Positions 58,999 through 64,000 of a stretch of DNA of 64,000 nucleotides are shown here, piece by piece. Where the stretch lies: the NCBI GenBank assembly GCA_040752335.1, contig JBFMEV010000012.1:6487-70486 (forward strand), read 5' to 3'. The notes beneath the pieces are model-generated. The model was not told the DNA's origin. It ran no database searches and was given only the letters and a program-made list of their open reading frames with translations. Each line of letters starts with the position of its first letter. Positions within the stretch are counted from its first letter, which is position 1. The translations under genes and the position numbers were made by a program. The DNA is from Chloroflexota bacterium (GTDB taxonomy: Bacteria; Chloroflexota; Limnocylindria; Limnocylindrales; CSP1-4).

Positions 58999-60135
58999 AT
59001 GACGGACCGCGGGTTGCCCCTCGTCGACGGCGCGCCGGCGTGTCCGTTCGTGGCCTTCGAGGACGATCGCGACGCCCGTGCGACGTCACCCGACCACCGT
59101 CACCGCTGCTACGCGGAGGTGCGCCCGGCGCCGCGCGCCCTGGCCCACCAGGAGGCCTACTGCCTGTCCTCGGCGTTCCCCGTCTGCCCGACCTTCCAGG
59201 ACTGGGCCCGCCGCGAGGCGGCCCAAGCCCGGGCCGCGACGCAGGACGCGAGCTCCGGGTCCGTGGACGATCGACTCGTCGCTCCTGCGACACCCGACGT
59301 GGCGCCCCTCGATCCGATGGCCGGCCAGGCCGACTCGAGCCAGCGCAACCCGCCTCGCAACTGGGCCGCTCCGCCGCCCTGGCTGAGCTCCCGCGATGCC
59401 GCGCCCGACGATGGCGACGAGCCTGACGTGGAGATTCAGCCGCCGATCCGGGGTGGCGGGCTTGCCGGCTCCTTCGCCGACCGGCTCGCCGGTGGGACCG
59501 GCGGCCGGGTCCAGCCCGCTCCGGGCGAGCATCTGTCGGCGCCGGTCGAGCGCTCGGTGGACGACGCCGGCGCCGCCGACGACGGCTGGGGGGAAGGCCC
59601 GGGGCGGATGGCCCAGCCGCGCCCACGGCGCCCCGGCCGCGACGATCGAGCCGCAGGCGCCCCGGCGCTGCCCGGCCCGTCGTGGGAGCGTCCGCGACGC
59701 CTGGAGGCCTACCCGACGCTCAAGACGCGCCTCGGGCTGCCGTCGGTCCACCTGCCGCCGCTCCTCGTCGGCGTCGCGGCGCTGGTGCTCGGCGCCATCG
59801 CCCTGTTCTTCCTGCCACTGCTGCTCGGCGTCGGCAACGACCCGGGCGCGGGCGGGGCGACCGCGACCCCCGGCCTGTCCGCGTTGCCGTCCGGCACGCC
59901 GGCCGCGCCCACACCGACGCCCGCCCCGACCCAACTGATCTACACGGTCCAGGAAGGCGACACGATGACGATCATCGCGGACCGCTTCGGGGTCCCGCTC
60001 GCGGCCCTCATCGAGGCCAACCGCGAGACGATCCCGAACCCGGACATCCTCCAGATCGGCCAGCAGGTCGTCATCCCGGCCGCGGCGCCGACGACCCTGC
60101 CCGGGGTCACGCCGACGCCGACGCCCGCAACCTGA
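58999..60135 (+). CDS. Membrane protein: N-terminal Cys/His finger, TM, C-terminal LysM
   Basis: CPF..HRC..YC..CP; TM; YTVQEGDT..IADRFGV..LIEAN..I.NPDILQIGQ; TATCAT 7 nt before ATG. Confidence 0.88.
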   Translation: MTDRGLPLVDGAPACPFVAFEDDRDARATSPDHRHRCYAEVRPAPRALAHQEAYCLSSAFPVCPTFQDWARREAAQARAATQDASSGSVDDRLVAPATPDVAPLDPMAGQADSSQRNPPRNWAAPPPWLSSRDAAPDDGDEPDVEIQPPIRGGGLAGSFADRLAGGTGGRVQPAPGEHLSAPVERSVDDAGAADDGWGEGPGRMAQPRPRRPGRDDRAAGAPALPGPSWERPRRLEAYPTLKTRLGLPSVHLPPLLVGVAALVLGAIALFFLPLLLGVGNDPGAGGATATPGLSALPSGTPAAPTPTPAPTQLIYTVQEGDTMTIIADRFGVPLAALIEANRETIPNPDILQIGQQVVIPAAAPTTLPGVTPTPTPAT

Positions 60136-60196
60136 CGCCTGCCGCCTGACGCCCGCAAACCCAACGCGCCGCCGCTACGGCGGCGCTCCCGCCGCG

Positions 60197-60526
60197 CTAC
60201 CGCGGTGCGAGGTTGATCGAGGTGATCTTGCCGGCCTCGACCCGGAATGACGCGTCGAGATGCTGCGAGAGCGCGCCCGGTCGGACGGTCAGGAGGTCGG
60301 CCTGCCAGGTGATCCCGAGGTCCCGGATCTCACCCGGGATCATCTTCAGCCCCGTCTCGGCCCGCAGGAACCAGCCCCCGACCTGCTCCACGCCGCGCAG
60401 CGTCCGGGCGTTGTCGCCGACGTGGATCCGCATCTCCACCCGCTCGTCCATGAGCGCCACGGCGCCCGCCCGATCGCCCTCGTTGAGGAGCTCGAAGAAG
60501 GTCTCCATCGTGTCGACTGCACCCAT
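60197..60526 (-). CDS. SnoaL/NTF2-like protein
   Basis: FFELLNEGD..AVALM, RGVEQV..W, FRVEAGKI; TACACT 7 nt before ATG. Confidence 0.7.
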   Translation of the reverse strand: MGAVDTMETFFELLNEGDRAGAVALMDERVEMRIHVGDNARTLRGVEQVGGWFLRAETGLKMIPGEIRDLGITWQADLLTVRPGALSQHLDASFRVEAGKITSINLAPR

Positions 60527-60559
60527 GCTGGGAAGTGTACGGGCGCGCCGGCACGCCGG

Positions 60560-62341
60560 TCAGAAGCCGCCGCCGGCACCCCCGCCACCGCCGCCACCAC
60601 CGCCGCCGAAGCCACCGCCACCACCGGAACCGGACGAGCTCGCGGCGTTTCCGATCGTCCCCATCGCGGCCATCATCCCGCCGATGCTGGGGACCCCTGA
60701 GCTCGACAAGATTCCGCCCCCGCTGCCGCCGGCGCCGCTGGCGAGGCTGGCCCCGTCACCGCCGCGGTACCACAGCGGGAAGTAACCGGTCGCGATGCCG
60801 CGCTCGCGGCTGTCGTCCATCGTCCGGGCAAGGACGTCCTCGACCTGGCCGGAGAGGCCGAGGGCCGACGCCCAGACGACCGCCTGGTCGGGCGTCTCAA
60901 GCCACGACAGGCCGGCGTCCCGGACGACCTGGTCCATCGAGCGGGCCTGCTCCATCGTCTTCGACAGGGTTCGTCGGTAGGCGAGGAGCCAGGCCTTCTG
61001 CATCGCCCCGGCCATCGTCCGGGCCGGCATCCAGCCGGCGATGACGAGGGTGACGATCCCGACCACGATGAGCACGACCCCGACGAGGGTGAGCCCGCTC
61101 ATCGGGATCGTCAGGCCGGCCCAGACCAGGGCGCCTCCGGCCACGCCCTCGATGACGCCGCGGATCCGCCACCGGGCGACGACCGTGGATGGCCGCTCGT
61201 GGAACCATTTGTTTCGGACGGCCGCGTCCTCCACTCGTCGCTCGAAGATCGGGATGTCCTCGGCCAGCTTCGAGAGGTCGTCGGGCTCGATCGAGTCGCC
61301 GGTCGCCATCGAGCCGAGGCGGGTCTCGAGGTAGTCCTCGGCCGGCCCGAGCGGCCGGCGCTCGGCCAGCTGCAGGCGCGACCGGGCGATCTCCAGGCGC
61401 TGGGTCTCGTTGGCACCGGGGCTACGGGCGGCCTCGTCACCGGTCAGGTCGGCCGTGGCGGCCGTCATCGCCTTCTCGCCGAGGTCGATCGTCAGCTTCC
61501 GGCCGATGCCGAGAAGGCCGTGCTCCTCGCGGAAGGCGACCCGGCCCCGGCTCGCCAGGTCGAGCAGCGCGGTCGTCAGCGTTCGCCGTGTGACGCCACC
61601 GTCCATGACCATCGTCGCGGCGGCCGGCGTCATCCCGGTGGGCGGCGCCGGGACGAGCACGGACTCGGAGTCGGTGTACTCGGGGTCGCGACCGAAGCGG
61701 AGCCAGTGGAAGACTGCCCAGCCGAGGAGGCCCATGAGCGCCGCCGCGCCTCCCACGAGGCCGACCACCGCATTCGCCTGGCGGGCCAGCTCGAGCGAGC
61801 GCGAGTGCTCGGTCGTGGCCGCGGCATCAATCTTCCTGATGGCCGCCAGGATCGCACCGTCGAGGTCCGCTGCCTGGAGCCGCGGCAGCATGTCATCCTC
61901 GAAGATGGCCTGGCGCTCGTCGTCGGTCAGGAAGGCGGACCTGAAGCCGGAGCCGGCGTAGAGCTGAACCTGGCCGTGGATGAGCGACGGGTCGAGATCG
62001 AAGAGGATCACAAGGCCGTCATCGAAGCCCTTCCGGCCGACGCCCCACTGCTCGAGCAGGGCCCGGGCGTTGTCGAGCGTCTGGCTCTCGGTCGTCCGGA
62101 ACGGCCAGACCTGGGTGTAGACGACGACCTCGGCCCCGGTCCGGGCCTCGATCGTGTCGATGGTGGTCTCGACCTCGTCGATCGTCGCCGGTCGGAGAAC
62201 GCCGGCCAGGTCGTAGACGGCACGGTTGAACTCGGGCTCCGGAAACGGTGGCCCGGGGTCGGCGGCTGCCCCGGCGGCGGTGCCCGCGAGGAGGAGGACG
62301 CCGGCCGCGGCGGCGGCGCGGGCGAGGCGGGCCAGGTCCAA
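60560..62341 (-). CDS. TPM-domain plus DUF2207-like membrane protein with Gly-rich tail
   Basis: VYDLAGVL, WGVGRKGFDDGLVIL; GRDP, LLDLASRG; GGGFGGGGGGGGGG end; TTG start. Confidence 0.85.
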   Translation of the reverse strand: MDLARLARAAAAAGVLLLAGTAAGAAADPGPPFPEPEFNRAVYDLAGVLRPATIDEVETTIDTIEARTGAEVVVYTQVWPFRTTESQTLDNARALLEQWGVGRKGFDDGLVILFDLDPSLIHGQVQLYAGSGFRSAFLTDDERQAIFEDDMLPRLQAADLDGAILAAIRKIDAAATTEHSRSLELARQANAVVGLVGGAAALMGLLGWAVFHWLRFGRDPEYTDSESVLVPAPPTGMTPAAATMVMDGGVTRRTLTTALLDLASRGRVAFREEHGLLGIGRKLTIDLGEKAMTAATADLTGDEAARSPGANETQRLEIARSRLQLAERRPLGPAEDYLETRLGSMATGDSIEPDDLSKLAEDIPIFERRVEDAAVRNKWFHERPSTVVARWRIRGVIEGVAGGALVWAGLTIPMSGLTLVGVVLIVVGIVTLVIAGWMPARTMAGAMQKAWLLAYRRTLSKTMEQARSMDQVVRDAGLSWLETPDQAVVWASALGLSGQVEDVLARTMDDSRERGIATGYFPLWYRGGDGASLASGAGGSGGGILSSSGVPSIGGMMAAMGTIGNAASSSGSGGGGGFGGGGGGGGGGAGGGF

Positions 62342-62343
62342 CG

Positions 62344-62769
62344 TCAGACGACGACCTTGCGACTGGTGTTCACCATGCCGAGCACGGTGGCCACGATGCT
62401 GATGACGATCGAGCCCAGGAGGGCGCCGATGAACGCGTCGGCGGTGAGGTCGGGCGGGAAGCCGCCGATCGAGAAGCCCAGGCTCAGCTGGTCGGAGACG
62501 AAGGCGACGAGGAGCAACAGCAGGGCGTTCAGGACCAGCGAGAAGAGGCCGAGCGAGACGAGCGTGATCGGGAAGGACAGGGCTTTCAGGATCGGCTTCA
62601 CGTACGAGTTCACGAGGGCCAGGATGAGGGCGACGGCGAGCAGCTTCCACCAGTTGTCGCCCAGGGTCGACAGGTCCTTGGCCGCCGGAAACGCGATCTG
62701 CGGCACGATCTGGATGGCGGCCCAGACGCCGACGGCGTTGATCAGGACCTTGACCAGGAGATCGATCAC
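62344..62769 (-). CDS. Four-TM holin-family (YvlD-like) membrane protein
   Basis: LVNSYVKPILKALSFPITLVSLGLFSLVLNA. Confidence 0.88.
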   Translation of the reverse strand: MIDLLVKVLINAVGVWAAIQIVPQIAFPAAKDLSTLGDNWWKLLAVALILALVNSYVKPILKALSFPITLVSLGLFSLVLNALLLLLVAFVSDQLSLGFSIGGFPPDLTADAFIGALLGSIVISIVATVLGMVNTSRKVVV

Positions 62770-62852
62770 GGCGTTGCCTCCCGAGGTTCGACGCGGGCCA
62801 ACCCGGCCCGGACCCGCCGATCATCGCAGATGCGCGCCGGGGCGCGCCGCCG

Positions 62853-63884
62853 TCAGCGGAGCAGGAAGCCCGTCCCGAGCGGATCGAGGGGATCGAGCTC
62901 AAACGCGTGGTGGCCGGTCCGGAAGGCCGAGCCCTCGACCTCGGTGACAATCGACGGCCGGCCATCGATCCGCGGCCCGTCGCCGACGACCCGGGCGTGG
63001 AAGACCGAATCGACGATCGAGCGATGGCGGAGGATGGCGCCCCGGGCCAGTGGCCCGTCGGCCGTTGCCGTGTCCAGGAGAGCCAGGCGGGCCGACGTCC
63101 CGCTGCCGCAGGGCGAGCGATCGACCTCGCCGTCGGCGAAGACGGTCACGTTCCGCTGGACCAGGTCCGCGCCAGTCTCATCCGGCTCGGGCTGCCAGAA
63201 GGTGATCCCGTAGATGCCGGCCAGCTCTGGCTCCACGGGGTGGCGCGGGTCGAGGTCGGCGTCGAGGGCCGGTCGGAGCTCGCGCTGGAGGGCGATGAGG
63301 GCCGGCAGGCTGTTCCGGTCGACCCGCAGACCGAGCGCACCGACCTCGACCGAGCCGTAGAAGGCGCCGCCGAAGGCGACATCGACCCTGATCGGGCCCC
63401 GCGTCGTGGGGACCTCGACCGCCCGGGCCAGGACGAACGACGGGACGTTCAGGAAGGCGACCGCGGCGACCCGGCCGGCCTCGAGCCGGGCTCGGCAGGC
63501 AAGCCGCCCCGACGGCACGTCGACGGTCACGGGGACCTCGCCGGCGCCCGCGGGCACGGCCACCCGGCCTTCGTCGATGGCCCAGGTCACGAGCGCGATC
63601 GTGCCGTGGCCGCAGGCCGTCGAGTAACCCTCGTTGTGGAAGAAGACGACGCCGAGGTCGGCGCCCTCGTCGTCGGGCGGGGTGACGAAGGCCCCGTACA
63701 TGTCGGCGTGGCCGCGGGGCTCGTCGATGACGAGGTGACGGATTGCGTCGACGTGGTCGCGCGCCCAGCGGCGACGCTCCAGGACCGTCCGGCCCACGAG
63801 CGTCGGGGCACCTTCCACGACGATCCGGAACGGCTCCCCGCCGGTGTGGTAGTCGACCGTCCGGACCGTCGGGATCGCCGTCAC
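62853..63884 (-). CDS. Proline racemase family protein (Cys/Cys)
   Basis: HTGGEPFR, EPRGHADMYG, STACGH, DRSPCGSG. Confidence 0.92.
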   Translation of the reverse strand: MTAIPTVRTVDYHTGGEPFRIVVEGAPTLVGRTVLERRRWARDHVDAIRHLVIDEPRGHADMYGAFVTPPDDEGADLGVVFFHNEGYSTACGHGTIALVTWAIDEGRVAVPAGAGEVPVTVDVPSGRLACRARLEAGRVAAVAFLNVPSFVLARAVEVPTTRGPIRVDVAFGGAFYGSVEVGALGLRVDRNSLPALIALQRELRPALDADLDPRHPVEPELAGIYGITFWQPEPDETGADLVQRNVTVFADGEVDRSPCGSGTSARLALLDTATADGPLARGAILRHRSIVDSVFHARVVGDGPRIDGRPSIVTEVEGSAFRTGHHAFELDPLDPLGTGFLLR

Positions 63885-64000
63885 GGCCGGTCGAGGACGG
63901 CTTCGAGTCGGGCCTTCACGGCGGGCCATTCCTCGATCACCACGCTGTAGTAGGCCGAATGGCGGAGCGTCCCGCCGGGCACGACCATGTGGTTCCGGAA
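63881..64000 (-). CDS. C-terminus of a RimJ/RimL-type GNAT acetyltransferase (truncated by window)
   Basis: FRNHMVVPGGTLRHSAYYSVVIEEWPAVKARLE; stop overlaps the racemase GTG. Confidence 0.75.
   Translation of the reverse strand, partial: FRNHMVVPGGTLRHSAYYSVVIEEWPAVKARLEAVLDRP

Noticed and set aside
62344-62769. Holin as evidence of a prophage
   Set aside because: YvlD-type four-TM proteins are common chromosomal genes; no other phage genes in the window

Overview
Very GC-rich, densely coding bacterial chromosomal segment. The gene content (pyrR-B-C / pyrK-D-E, fused CtaA-CtaB, Cys-finger-TM-LysM protein, F420-type LLM, many Pro/Ser/Thr-rich lipoproteins) suggests Chloroflexota, possibly Limnocylindria/Ellin6529; this is inference only. 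Main contents: (i) a pyrimidine operon split by about 12 kb of accessory genes, with a PyrR-type leader; (ii) an ECF sigma / anti-sigma locus built on three copies of an unrecognised four-cysteine GHF(N/D)D domain, plus four ECF-type promoter motifs upstream of the sigma gene and three exported-protein genes; (iii) an intact IS630 element that appears to have split a host promoter; (iv) a haem A/O synthase fusion; (v) a xylose locus (ROK, xylFHG, xylAB) whose divergent operon carries a vanadium-haloperoxidase-like enzyme and a CRTAC1/ASPIC-UnbV protein, the best candidate for an undescribed system; (vi) sodN-sodX, a GH18-CWB2 cell-surface hydrolase and an archaeal-type ACT/DUF5612 protein. Many genes look leaderless. 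No rRNA, tRNA or CRISPR array was seen. All family calls come from motif recognition by eye, without database searches. Several starts were moved from the ORF track to better-supported codons.
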